This document shows positions 9,461 through 18,847 of a stretch of 64,000 nt of DNA, one piece after another; the stretch's first letter is position 1, and every line of letters starts with the position of its first letter. The stretch is from an uncultured Acidobacteriota bacterium (GTDB lineage Bacteria; Acidobacteriota; Thermoanaerobaculia; Gp7-AA8), in assembly GCA_963741955.1 (NCBI GenBank), contig CAVUKB010000007.1, forward strand, positions 288,001 through 352,000, written 5' to 3'. The translations under genes were made by a program, and so were the position numbers. The notes beneath the pieces are model-generated. The model ran no database searches, had not been told where the DNA came from, and saw only the letters and a list, made by a program, of their open reading frames with translations.

Positions 9461-10156
9461 TCAACTGATCTCGCGGATGATCCTTCGGGCTGCCTCCGTG
9501 GGGTCGGGACTCGCAGTGACGGGACGGCCCACGACGATCCAGTCCGCACCCGCGCGGATCGCATCCGCCGCAGAGAGCGTCCGTTTCTGATCGCCTGCCG
9601 CATCGGCCGAGGAACGGATCCCCGGGGTGACGATGCTGAACTCGGGACCGCACTCCGAGCGGATCAGCTCGATCTCCTGCGGCGACGCGACGACTCCACC
9701 GAGGCCTGCTTCCCGCGCCGCGCGCGCAAGCCGGCGCACGTAATCCTGGACCGAGAGAGGATTGCCTGTTCGGCGCAGATCCTCCTGGTCGAGACTGGTC
9801 AGCGCGGTGACGCCGAGCAGAAGCGGCGGTCGGGGAGTGCTGGCGGCAGCATCTGCGCAGGCCCGCATCATCTCGATCCCGCCTGCCGCGTGGAGCGTCA
9901 ACATCGACGCGCCGAGTCCCGCCGCTTCGGCCACCGCATATCTTGCGGTATTCGGGATGTCGTGGAATTTGAGATCGAGAAAGATCCGGAACCCTTCCGT
10001 GGTCAGCCGCCGGACCAGCTCCGGGCCGTTGGCGACAAACGCCTGCAGGCCGATCTTGAAAGCTCCGGCTTCATCCCGCAACGCGGCTGCAAGTGATTCG
10101 ATCTCCCGGGCGGACGAGCGGTCGAGCGCGACGATGAGGCGATCCTTCGGTGTCAT
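9461..10156 (-). CDS. pyrF: Orotidine-5'-phosphate decarboxylase
   Basis: RLIVALD, FLDLKFHDIPNT, LTLHAAGG, VTPGIR, DQKR, VVGRPVT. Confidence 0.97.
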   Translation of the reverse strand: MTPKDRLIVALDRSSAREIESLAAALRDEAGAFKIGLQAFVANGPELVRRLTTEGFRIFLDLKFHDIPNTARYAVAEAAGLGASMLTLHAAGGIEMMRACADAAASTPRPPLLLGVTALTSLDQEDLRRTGNPLSVQDYVRRLARAAREAGLGGVVASPQEIELIRSECGPEFSIVTPGIRSSADAAGDQKRTLSAADAIRAGADWIVVGRPVTASPDPTEAARRIIREIS

Positions 10157-10278
10157 GCGCCGAGCATGATAGCGCCGTCGCGACGGAATGCGCTGGTGTG
10201 GAGATGGGGCGTCTGGATCGGCCGATCTCCGTCGTGACAGAATGCCAGCAGAGAATTTGCACCCCAACGCAACCGGCG

Positions 10279-11994
10279 ATGACCGAAAAACGCGACGTTA
10301 CGCGCACCCTCGACGAGATTGCGAGCTATCTCGAGATCGACGAACCGAATCCGTTCAAGTCGATGGCCTTCCGGAAGGCGGCCCGAGCGATCGAGGATCT
10401 CGATACCGGGATCGATGAGCTGGTCCGCAGCGGCGAGATCCGGCGGACGGCGGGTGTCGGCAAAGTAATCGCTCCGATCGTGGTCGAGCTCGTGGAGAGC
10501 GGCCGCGCCTCATACCTCGAAGAGCTCCGTGCGAAGTACCCACCGGGTATTCTGGAGTTGATGCGCGTTCCGGGGCTCGGCGCGAAGAAGATCACTCTTC
10601 TCTACGCCGAGCTCGGCATCGCTTCGATCGACGATCTCGAAACCGCGGCGCGGGAAGGAAGGCTCCGCTCGATCCGTGGCTTCGGAGAGAAGACGGCGCA
10701 GAAGGTTCTCGACTCGATCGCGTCGATGCGCGAGCACGCCGGTCAGTTTCTCCTCGTCGCAGCGCTCGACTCGGCGGAGCTCCTCCTGCGGGCGCTCCGG
10801 CGGAATCTCGACGTCGCCGCCGCGGTGACCGGATCAGCCCGGCGGCGCCTCGAGGTCGTCGATCGGGTCGAGCTCGTCGTCGCGACCGAGACCCCCGAAG
10901 AGACGGCCGAGGCGATTCGAGGAATCGCGCTCCTCGAAGGTGTGGCGAGAGACGATCGGGCGGTACACGGAACCGTCCGCAGCATTCCGCTGACCGTCCA
11001 TCTCACCACTCCCGACCTCCTTCCATTGACACTCCTCTTCTCCACTGGAACCGGAGAGTTCGTCGACGCGCTGAGACGGCATGCGACGTCGGTGGGATTC
11101 GAGCTGACTCCTTCCGCTCTCCTTCGAGGAGCGGCGCGCGTCGAAGTCGACGACGAGGACGCCATCTTCCGGCGGCTCGAGCTCGAGCCGATTCCTCCCG
11201 AGCTTCGCGAGAGCGGTGCAGTGCTCGAGCGAGCGGAGATCGTCACGGATCTGGTCGACTACGACTCGATACGTGGCACGTTTCACGTTCACTCCACCTG
11301 GTCCGACGGCCGCAACACGCTTCGCGAAATGATCGGTGCAGCACGGGAGCTCGGCTTCTCCTACGTCGGTATCTCCGACCACTCGAAAGCCGCGGCATAC
11401 GCGGGAGGATTGACGGAAGACGATCTCGAGGCGCGCGACGCCGAGCTCGACGAGATCACGGCGGAGATGCCCGACATCCGTATCTTCCGCGGCACCGAAG
11501 CGGACATCCTGCAGGACGGGACGATCGACTACGATCCGGAGACTCTCGACCGGTTCGACTTCGTCGTCGCCTCGATTCATTCGCGATTCAGGATGAATCG
11601 CGAGGAGATGACGCAAAGAATCGTGCGTGCGCTGCACGACCCGCACGTGACGTTTCTCGGACATCTCACCGGCCGCCTCCTCCTCTCTCGCGCTCCGTAC
11701 GAGCTCGACTTCGACGCGGTCTTCCGCGCGGCTGCGGAAAACGGGGTGATGATCGAGATCAACGGGTCGCCGAAACGACTCGACGTCGACTGGCGCCATC
11801 TCGAGCGCGCGATGGAGCTCGGGGTGAGCTTCAGTATCCATCCCGATGCTCACTCGACGGCGGAGATGGCGAACGTGATCGCCGGGACGTGGGTGGCGCG
11901 GAAGGGAGGCGTGCCGCGTGAGCGGGTCTTCAATGCCCGCCCTCTCGCAGACGTCGAATCCCATCTCGCGTCGCGTCGCGCGCGAGCGCGCTGA
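10279..11994 (+). CDS. polX: DNA polymerase X family / PHP-domain protein
   Basis: NPFKSMAFRKAA, HhH VPGLGAKK and GFGEKTA, GSARR; PHP motifs HVHSTWSDG, SDHS, SIH, DAH. Confidence 0.92.
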   Translation: MTEKRDVTRTLDEIASYLEIDEPNPFKSMAFRKAARAIEDLDTGIDELVRSGEIRRTAGVGKVIAPIVVELVESGRASYLEELRAKYPPGILELMRVPGLGAKKITLLYAELGIASIDDLETAAREGRLRSIRGFGEKTAQKVLDSIASMREHAGQFLLVAALDSAELLLRALRRNLDVAAAVTGSARRRLEVVDRVELVVATETPEETAEAIRGIALLEGVARDDRAVHGTVRSIPLTVHLTTPDLLPLTLLFSTGTGEFVDALRRHATSVGFELTPSALLRGAARVEVDDEDAIFRRLELEPIPPELRESGAVLERAEIVTDLVDYDSIRGTFHVHSTWSDGRNTLREMIGAARELGFSYVGISDHSKAAAYAGGLTEDDLEARDAELDEITAEMPDIRIFRGTEADILQDGTIDYDPETLDRFDFVVASIHSRFRMNREEMTQRIVRALHDPHVTFLGHLTGRLLLSRAPYELDFDAVFRAAAENGVMIEINGSPKRLDVDWRHLERAMELGVSFSIHPDAHSTAEMANVIAGTWVARKGGVPRERVFNARPLADVESHLASRRARAR

Positions 11995-12142
11995 AAAGTG
12001 CGGGTCGTTCTTGCCTGATGATGAATTTGCGGGCCCGGGCCGACCTCCTGAACGCACGTTGGCCGGGTCCCGAATCGAGGGCGGGCGGCGCGACCTCGAT
12101 CCTTCCGAGATCAGGCCTGATGCCGACTCAGTGCGACAAGGC

Positions 12143-13743
12143 TCATGACGTCGGGGCGGTCCGATTCCAGATCGAGTCGAGCTCCTGGAGAAGCGCTTCG
12201 AGTGAATAGGGCTTCTTCAGAAGAACGACGCGGTTTGCGGGCGAGTCGAGCGGCCGGATGCGCTCCGCATCTACGTGCCCGGAGGAGAAGATGGTCGGAA
12301 CCGCGCCGTACCTCTCGACGATCCGTCCGTAGAGATCGATCCCGTCGATGTCGGGTAGACCGACGTCGATCACGAGCACCTCGGGAGTGACGTCTGCCAT
12401 GAGGGAGGTGGCTTCAGCGCCATCGCGAGCGAGAAACGTCTCGATTCCTTTTGCGTCGAGAAGTCCCTTCAGGCCGGTCGCGATCGCCTCCTCGTCTTCG
12501 ACCACGAGTACGCGCGATGGATAAGCGCCACGCGTCCCGGTCGAGCGCGTCGTTTCCTCCGGAGGCGGAGGGGCTGCCACAGGGAGGTAGATGTGAATCG
12601 TGGTCCCCTTGCCGGCGGTGCTGTCGACCTGAATCTGGCCGCCGTGGAGTGTGACGATCTGGTGTGCGATGGGGAGCCCCAGACCGGTTCCTTTCGGTTT
12701 GGTGGTGAAGAATGGCTCGAAGATTCTCGCCATGTTGGTCTCGGAGATACCCGGTCCATCATCCGAGATCTTGAAGTGTATGAGCTTGAAGCCGTCGCAG
12801 ACCCTTCCTGTCGGGAGGACCTCCCCCGCCACGCACGCTTCCGCGGAGACGAGAATGCTTCCCGGCTCCGAACCGATGGCATCGCGGGCGTTCAGGAGCA
12901 GATTAGTGACCACCTGTGTGATCTGATTTCGATCAGCGAGAATCCGATACGAATCGTCTGCAACGGAAGTCCGGAGGATGATCGAGGTCGGGAGGAGGCC
13001 TCGAACCTGCTCCGCACACTTGGCGATCAACGGCGCGACCTCGACCGGCGAGGTGACCGGCTCGCTCGGACGGGTAAAGCGAAGTGTCTCTTCCGTCACG
13101 CGGCGTCCGCGCTGGACAGCGCGGACGATGTGATGTGCCGCATCGAGAATCTTCTCGTCCTTCGAGAGGCGGAGAATGATCTCCGCGAAAGGCTGCACGC
13201 TCATCAGAACGTTGTTGAATTCATGAGACATGCTCGCTGTGACGCGTCCGAGGCTCGAGAGGCGTTGATTGCGGGAGATCTCATCCTGAAGGCGCTTCTT
13301 TTCCGTCGCGTCGGTGAAGGAGACCACGATTCCACGGAACTCGCCGGCGTCATCGAGAATGGGGGAGGCGAGGATTTCGACGGGGAACGTGCTGCCGTCG
13401 GCCCTGAGGAAGGATTGGTCGAGTATCTGGACCTGGGCATGATGCCGCGGCCTGCACGGCACTGACTCCGAGCTCCACGTCATCGTTACTGGTCAGGACC
13501 ACGAGAGGGATGTCCGGAAACCGGAATCGAATTCTGGCGACCGTGTCGAGTCCCTGGCTGTCCGGAAGACCCAGGTCGACCAGGACTGCGTCGAACCCTT
13601 CTGCGAGGCGGACGAGACCATCCGCCAGGGTGGTGGCACTCTCGATCTCCATGCGCGCGCGGCTCGCCGGCGAGCATCTCCCTCACCAGCCGCGCGTCGC
13701 CCGGACTGTCTTCGATCAGCAGCACCCTGTAGCCGAGTTTCAC
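12143..13743 (-). pseudogene. Disrupted hybrid sensor kinase (REC-PAS-HisKA-HATPase-REC)
   Basis: GTG 13743 gives KLGYRVLLIEDSPGDARLVREML; frame change in a GC run near 13655; REC continues as DAVLVDLGLPDSQG; joins out of frame near 13440 to a PAS remnant; kinase (HEFNN, NLLLNARDA, FEPFFTTK, GTGLGL) and C-terminal REC are intact. Confidence 0.75.
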
Positions 13744-14045
13744 GGACGCTCCTTCGGGGGAAGCTTCACGATCGTGAGCCAGAAGTCCTCGATCGAGCGG
13801 ACGACCTCGAGGAACTGTTTGAGGTCGATCGGTTTGGTGATGTAGCAGTTCGCGTGAAAGGTTGTAGGACCTGAGGATGTCTTCCTCGTCTTTGGAGATC
13901 GTGAGGATGACCACGGGAATGCGCTTGAGCTTGTCGTCCGACTTGATCTTCTCGAGCACTTCGCGCCCGTCCATCCGGGGGAGATCCAAGTCGAGCAGGA
14001 TCAGGTCCGGCGTCTTCTCGTTCTCGAATGGTCCCTGACGCAGCA
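13740..14045 (-). pseudogene. Truncated, frameshifted Rcp1-type single-domain response regulator
   Basis: [19 protein letters not shown]...IPVVILT...RSYNL, then +1 nt near 13858, then [33 protein letters not shown]; the N-terminal region is missing. Confidence 0.8.
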
Positions 14046-14049
14046 ACAC

Positions 14050-14262
14050 GGCTGTTCTGCAGGACCACGAACGCTCCGCGAAACCCACGACATCGTTGAT
14101 TGGCGCCGAGGGGCGCGGATCCTCTGATCCGCCGCGACGATCGCGTTCAGAGCGGATCGAGACGATCGGTGTGGCAGCAGCGGAGCTGTGCCGCAGGGCC
14201 AACGGACGCTCCGCGAAAACCGCGACCTCCCGCTTCATTGCGTACGACCCGATTCGCGTTCC
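14050..14262 (-). repeat. REPIN/MITE-like family A copy (inverted) plus partial duplicate
   Basis: Reverse complement contains GATCGTCTCGATCCG...GCGGCGGATCAGAGGATCCGCGCCCC, matching the copies at 15365-15664 and 42534-43177. Confidence 0.8.
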
Positions 14263-14277
14263 GCACTCCTCGCCCCG

Positions 14278-15291
14278 TCACTTCGACTTCGGCGAGCTCG
14301 GTCCGCTTCCGGCGCCGGACTCCCGGATCGCTGTCTCGATCGTTTGCAGTTCCTCGTCCGAGAGCTCGAGCGACGACGCCCCGATCCATCCATCGACCTG
14401 CTCCGGCGAGCGCGCGCCGACGATCGCGGCGGTGACACCGCTCCACGCGAGCGTCCACGCAACGGCGACAGCGCCGGTCCCGACTCCGTGCCGCTTCGCA
14501 ATCGGGATCAGCGCATCACGCAGCTGCAGATTCCGTTCGATCGCGGGGCGCTTGAACTCGTCCGATTTCCGCCGCCAATCGTCCGCGGGGAGCTGGGCGA
14601 CCCGGTCGAGAGTCCACTTCTCCGTCAGCAGTCCCGACTGCATCGGGCTGTAGACGATGACTCCGGTGCCGTGGTCTTCGCACCACCCCAGCTCTGCTGC
14701 CGCGGTTTCGCGCCGGATCAGCGAGAACGGCGGCTGGAGCGAATCGACATGGCGAATGGGCTCACACTTCTCGAGGAGCTCGACGTTGAAGTTCGACACT
14801 CCCGCCCATCGCACTTTTCCTTCTTCCACCAGACGGCTCATCTCACCCCACGAATCCTCGACCGGCGTCTCGGTCTCGTCGGGCCAGTGGAACTGATAGA
14901 GGTCGATGCGCTCGACTCCGAGCCTTCGCAGTGAGTTCTCGCACTCGCGTCGGATGTTCGCCGGCTGAAGATTCCTCTGTGGCGATTCCATTCGATTCTT
15001 CTCGTCCCAAACCAGGCCGCACTTCGTGAAGACGAGCGGCCGGTCATTCACCGGGATCTCGCGCAACAGCCGCCCGACGAGCTCCTCGGAGTGTCCGAGC
15101 CCGTACACTGCAGCCGTGTCGATCCAGGAGATCCCGCGCGAGAGAGCATGCTTCATCGCGGCGATGGCGGCGTGATCGTCCTGCGGGCCCCATCCGAAGG
15201 ACCACCCTCCGCCTCCGATCGCCCACGCGCCGAATCCGACTCGCGTGATCTCGGGTCCGTTCGTTCCCAGTTTCTTCATCGGCAGTGACAT
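14278..15291 (-). CDS. Aldo/keto reductase
   Basis: GFGAWAIGG, IDTAAVYG, TKCG, IDLYQFHWPD, GVSNF, YSPMQSGLL; GGAGG SD. Confidence 0.95.
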   Translation of the reverse strand: MSLPMKKLGTNGPEITRVGFGAWAIGGGGWSFGWGPQDDHAAIAAMKHALSRGISWIDTAAVYGLGHSEELVGRLLREIPVNDRPLVFTKCGLVWDEKNRMESPQRNLQPANIRRECENSLRRLGVERIDLYQFHWPDETETPVEDSWGEMSRLVEEGKVRWAGVSNFNVELLEKCEPIRHVDSLQPPFSLIRRETAAAELGWCEDHGTGVIVYSPMQSGLLTEKWTLDRVAQLPADDWRRKSDEFKRPAIERNLQLRDALIPIAKRHGVGTGAVAVAWTLAWSGVTAAIVGARSPEQVDGWIGASSLELSDEELQTIETAIRESGAGSGPSSPKSK

Positions 15292-15364
15292 CGTTTTCCT
15301 CCGAGCTGAGGTGGGCGACTTCAGGGAGACTCTATACCAGCTCATCGACGTACTGATGACCACG

Positions 15365-15664
15365 TCGGTGATTCTGGCGACCAGCTCCGCTTCTGCCACA
15401 GGGATCGCCTCGATCCGTTCGGAACGCGATTTTCGCGGCGGATCAGAGGATCCGCTCCCCTCGGCGAGATGTCCATGGGGTGCGGATCATCCGATCCGCC
15501 GCGAAAGTCATGTTGTACGCGATGAAGAGGGAAGTTGTGGCTGAACGCGGAGCGCCGGTGATTCTGGCGACTAGCTCCGCTTCTGCCGCCAGGATCGTCT
15601 CGATCCGTTCGGAACGCGATTTTCGCGGCGGATCAGAGGATCCGCTCCCCTCGGCGAGATGTCC
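15365..15664 (+). repeat. REPIN/MITE-like family A, one partial plus one full copy in tandem
   Basis: Full copy about 15477-15650 bounded by GGGGTGCGGATCATCCGATCCGC and GCGGATCAGAGGATCCGCTCCCC; the last ~110 bp are duplicated upstream. Confidence 0.85.
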
Positions 15665-15675
15665 CTCCCCAACCC

Positions 15676-15951
15676 TCAACTCACACCCTTCATCCTCCGT
15701 TCCGCTTCGGCGTGATCGGGTTGCAGTGCGAGCGCCCGCTCGTAGCTCCGCCGCGCTTCCGCGACGTCTCCCCGCAACTCCATCGCTTCGCCGCGCAAGA
15801 CCCACACATCGGGGGAATCAGGGAACTCGCTCGCAAGTCGTTCAATCTTCGCGAGTGTCTCACCGTCCGCGCTCCGCTTCAGATGGAGCTGCGCACGAAT
15901 CCCGCTGATCTCGTCGGGGACGCAGGCGGAGCGCCTGGAGTCTCGATTCAT
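15676..15951 (-). CDS. Small TPR protein
   Basis: FPDSPDVWVLRGEAMELRGDVAEARRSYERALALQPDHAEA TPR; TAGAAT 7 nt upstream of ATG. Confidence 0.75.
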   Translation of the reverse strand: MNRDSRRSACVPDEISGIRAQLHLKRSADGETLAKIERLASEFPDSPDVWVLRGEAMELRGDVAEARRSYERALALQPDHAEAERRMKGVS

Positions 15952-16097
15952 CCGTCAGATTCTAACGCTCGTCTCGCCCGGCTGCGCACAATCCGCCGGG
16001 TCACTCACCTGCCAGCCATTCCCATGCGTCGCGATATTTAGCGGCCGTTCCCCCGTTCATCTCTCCGACGTGCTACTCTCGGGTGACGGAGGACTAC

Positions 16098-16226
16098 ATG
16101 TCAGCGAAAAATGGAGAGAAAGCGCGCGCGGCTCAGGAGAGACGGCGCCGGACGGCGCAGCGCGTGAAGGCGCGTGCGGGTCGCGAAGCAGCGAAAGCAG
16201 CCGCGGAAGCCAAATCCGCAAAATAG
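16098..16226 (+). CDS. 42-aa basic small protein (not in ORF track)
   Basis: GGAGG SD 5 nt before ATG; MSAKNGEKARAAQERRRRTAQRVKARAGREAAKAAAEAKSAK; TG-c-TACTCT extended -10 at about 16071-16079. Confidence 0.65.
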   Translation: MSAKNGEKARAAQERRRRTAQRVKARAGREAAKAAAEAKSAK

Positions 16227-16396
16227 TAGTCGGCGCCTCGTCGCCAGGCTCTGGATCAGCAGCGGGATCGAAAGAGCCGCCTCACCATCTGCACCCATGA
16301 AAAACTGATCTGCGCGGAGAACCAGCGGTCGCGCTCACATCGCACCCGGCGCCGGCGAAGCGTTTCGCCTGTCGCCACTCGAGAAAGAGAGTCCGT

Positions 16397-16600
16397 ATGG
16401 GAAGTGCCCGACCGTCCGTCACAAAACGTCAGAGAGAACAGCTCAAGCGCGACCGGAAGCTCCGCAAGGAAGAAAAGCGCGCACAGCGGAAGAGCGGAGT
16501 GCCCGTCGAAGACGCGAGCGACGATTTCCAGTCGATACCTTCGGCCGATGAGACCCCGTCCGTTCCCACGGACGACATTCCATCCGGCACCGAGGCCTGA
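16397..16600 (+). CDS. Small protein, basic N-half and acidic C-half
   Basis: MGSARPSVTKRQREQLKRDRKLRKEEKRAQRK...; purine-rich leader. Confidence 0.7.
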   Translation: MGSARPSVTKRQREQLKRDRKLRKEEKRAQRKSGVPVEDASDDFQSIPSADETPSVPTDDIPSGTEA

Positions 16601-16719
16601 GCCGCCGCAGCACTCCGCTGCCGCGTGACTCATCGAGACGGTTGCCACTTCATCGAGATTCGCACGACGGAGGGTGATCGTTCCGAAGGGGTCGTCGACG
16701 ATCGTCGCAGACGCGGCGA

Positions 16720-17958
16720 TCACGCACCGGCGGCGAGCACCAGCCAACCCCAGGTCAGGATCAGCGTCACCACCGTCACCGGCAGCCCGGTGCGGAGATG
16801 GCGCTTCCAGTCGATCGCGATGCCGTGACGTGCCGCGAGGTCGATCACGATGATGTTCGCGATGCTGCCGACGATGGTCAGATTTCCCGCCAGAGTCGAC
16901 GCGAGCGCGAGGGCCGGACCCGATGCCGCTGCGTGTGCGTAGCGGAGGAGGAGCATCACCGCCGGGACGTTCGAGACCACGTTGCTCAGCGCCGCGGAGA
17001 ACCAGAACAGCGTACCCGGCGAGCCGAGATGAACTCCGCCTGAGCGCATCCACTCCACCGTCCACGCGGGCCACGGCGTCGCCTCGAGAGCACCGTTCGT
17101 CACGAAGAGACCGGCGAAGAGGACGAGCAGCGGCCAGTCGACGAGTCCGAGCGTCCGGCGTGAGTGCATCTCCCTGCTGGTCAGCAGCACGCCTGCGGCG
17201 CCGAGCGCGAGGAGCTCACGGGGAAGATCGGTTGCGAGAAAGAGCACCAGCAGAATTCCCGCGATGATCACTCCCTTCGTGGTCTGCCATTCGTTGAACG
17301 GCGGCACCTCTTCCGCGCGCTCCTCCGCCCTCTCCTCCGCGACCGTCTCCCGCGACGTCCATCGTCCCTTCGACTGGAGCGCGATGATTCCCCAGATCGC
17401 GACGAGCGAGAGGAGGACCGGCACGATGGCCATCCCGAGGTAGCCGCGGAACGAGAGGTGAAGCACCTGGCCGATCAGCATGTTCTGCGGATTCCCGATC
17501 AGGGTCGCAGCCGACCCAGCGTTCGCGGCGCACGCGGTCGCGAGAAGGAATGGCACCGGGTCGAGGCGTCGAGTGCGCGCCGCGTGGATCACCACCGGAG
17601 GGACGGCGAGGCAGACGATGTCGTTGCTGAAGACGGCAGAGAGGATCGCGACCACTCCGATCAGAGCAGCGAGAAAGAGGCGTGGTGATGCATCCAGTCT
17701 CGTGATCGAGGACGAGACGTACGCGTAGAACCCTCCGAGCCGCAGCTGCGCGCTGAGGATCATCAGGCCGAAGAGGAGAGTCATCGTCGGGACGTCGATC
17801 ATCGTCAGCGCGTCGCCGAGAGGGACCGCCCCGGTGGCGATGAGGATGATCGCGCCGAGGAGCGCGACTCCGGTGCGGTCGAGTTTCAGACGCGGAAGCC
17901 CGCCGAGGATCATCCCGGCGTAGACGAGCCCGAAGACGGCGAGGATCAGGCGAGGCAT
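16720..17958 (-). CDS. ArsB/NhaD/SLC13-type anion permease (YbiR-like)
   Basis: LDRTGVALLG, SAVFSND, ANAGSAATLIGNPQN, SNVVSNVPA, STLAGNLTIVGSIAN; many TM helices. Confidence 0.92.
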   Translation of the reverse strand: MPRLILAVFGLVYAGMILGGLPRLKLDRTGVALLGAIILIATGAVPLGDALTMIDVPTMTLLFGLMILSAQLRLGGFYAYVSSSITRLDASPRLFLAALIGVVAILSAVFSNDIVCLAVPPVVIHAARTRRLDPVPFLLATACAANAGSAATLIGNPQNMLIGQVLHLSFRGYLGMAIVPVLLSLVAIWGIIALQSKGRWTSRETVAEERAEERAEEVPPFNEWQTTKGVIIAGILLVLFLATDLPRELLALGAAGVLLTSREMHSRRTLGLVDWPLLVLFAGLFVTNGALEATPWPAWTVEWMRSGGVHLGSPGTLFWFSAALSNVVSNVPAVMLLLRYAHAAASGPALALASTLAGNLTIVGSIANIIVIDLAARHGIAIDWKRHLRTGLPVTVVTLILTWGWLVLAAGA

Positions 17959-18076
17959 CCGCGGAGATTGTAGATCGAAGAAGGAAGCAGCGACTCCTCG
18001 TCTCGAACGATGCAGGCCAGCCTCCCTGCCGCCGGTTCGGAGGCGGGTGACATCGGGGCCGAGCGCGAGCGTGATC

Positions 18077-18364
18077 CTAACCGGTTTTTCGGAGTGGCTT
18101 CGGCAGCCGTCCGATCCGGATGGTCGCGTCGTAAAGGTCGACCGCCTTCTGAGCGTTGAGCCAGAACTCCGGTGTCGTATTGAACGTCGCACCGAGCTTC
18201 AGTGCCATCTCGGCGCTCAGCGAGGTTCTGCCGTTCACCAGGCGGTTGATCACTTTGACATCCGTACCGAGATGGTTTGCCAAATCCCGCTGTGTCATGT
18301 GTAGCGGGTGAAGAAACTCTTCACGGAGTATCTCGCCGGGTCCGGTCGGTTTTCGCCGCTTCAT
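18077..18364 (-). CDS. higA: HigA antitoxin (XRE HTH)
   Basis: PGEILREEFL...TQRDLA...INRLVNG...EMALKLG..FNTTPEFWLNAQ. Confidence 0.95.
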   Translation of the reverse strand: MKRRKPTGPGEILREEFLHPLHMTQRDLANHLGTDVKVINRLVNGRTSLSAEMALKLGATFNTTPEFWLNAQKAVDLYDATIRIGRLPKPLRKTG

Positions 18365-18374
18365 GTTGGAATCC

Positions 18375-18665
18375 TCAATGGTAGTCGACGACGTCGACGT
18401 CTTCCGCCCCGAGATCGGACCAATGGAACACGATTCTCCACCGGTCGTTCACCCGGATGCTGTAGTAGCCCGTCCACTTTCCCGAAAGTGCTTCGAGACG
18501 ATTTCCGGGAGGTGACTTCAGATCGCGCAGTTCGCGCGCGTAGTGCATCATGTCGAGTTTCCGGGCAACAATCGAAGCAACCGACGACCAGCCGATCCCC
18601 TTCCCGAATCGGCCGTGAGCGAAGAACTCCTCGACCTCGTCACTCGCGAAACTCCTGATCGCCAC
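18375..18665 (-). CDS. higB: HigB toxin (RelE/ParE fold)
   Basis: IRSF...ARKLDMM...PPGNRLEALSG...YSIRVNDRWRIVFHW...VDYH; toxin-first order. Confidence 0.95.
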   Translation of the reverse strand: MAIRSFASDEVEEFFAHGRFGKGIGWSSVASIVARKLDMMHYARELRDLKSPPGNRLEALSGKWTGYYSIRVNDRWRIVFHWSDLGAEDVDVVDYH

Positions 18666-18670
18666 TGCAC

Positions 18671-18697
18671 CCAGTATACCTCATTGAGGTATACTGG
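18671..18697. promoter_or_regulatory. Perfect palindromic operator overlapping the higBA -10 box
   Basis: CCAGTATACCTCA-T-TGAGGTATACTGG (13-bp arms); minus-strand TATACT lies 7 nt before the GTG start. Confidence 0.85.
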
Positions 18698-18847
18698 CCC
18701 ATCGGTGGCATCGATCGATGCCGGAGGGTGTTCCCCCGTCCTGCGTGTGGGACCGGGGTGGAGCCGGGGATCGTGTGTGAACACGCAAGCGCGGGTGGCC
18801 GGCATCCCAGATCGCGCGGCGAGCTTCACGTCAGGATCCGTGACGCG

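Noticed and set aside
13486-14238. Intact 250-aa response regulator or programmed frameshift
   Set aside because: The ORF is a chimera of repeat DNA and fragments of two genes; no slippery heptamer or stimulator was seen.
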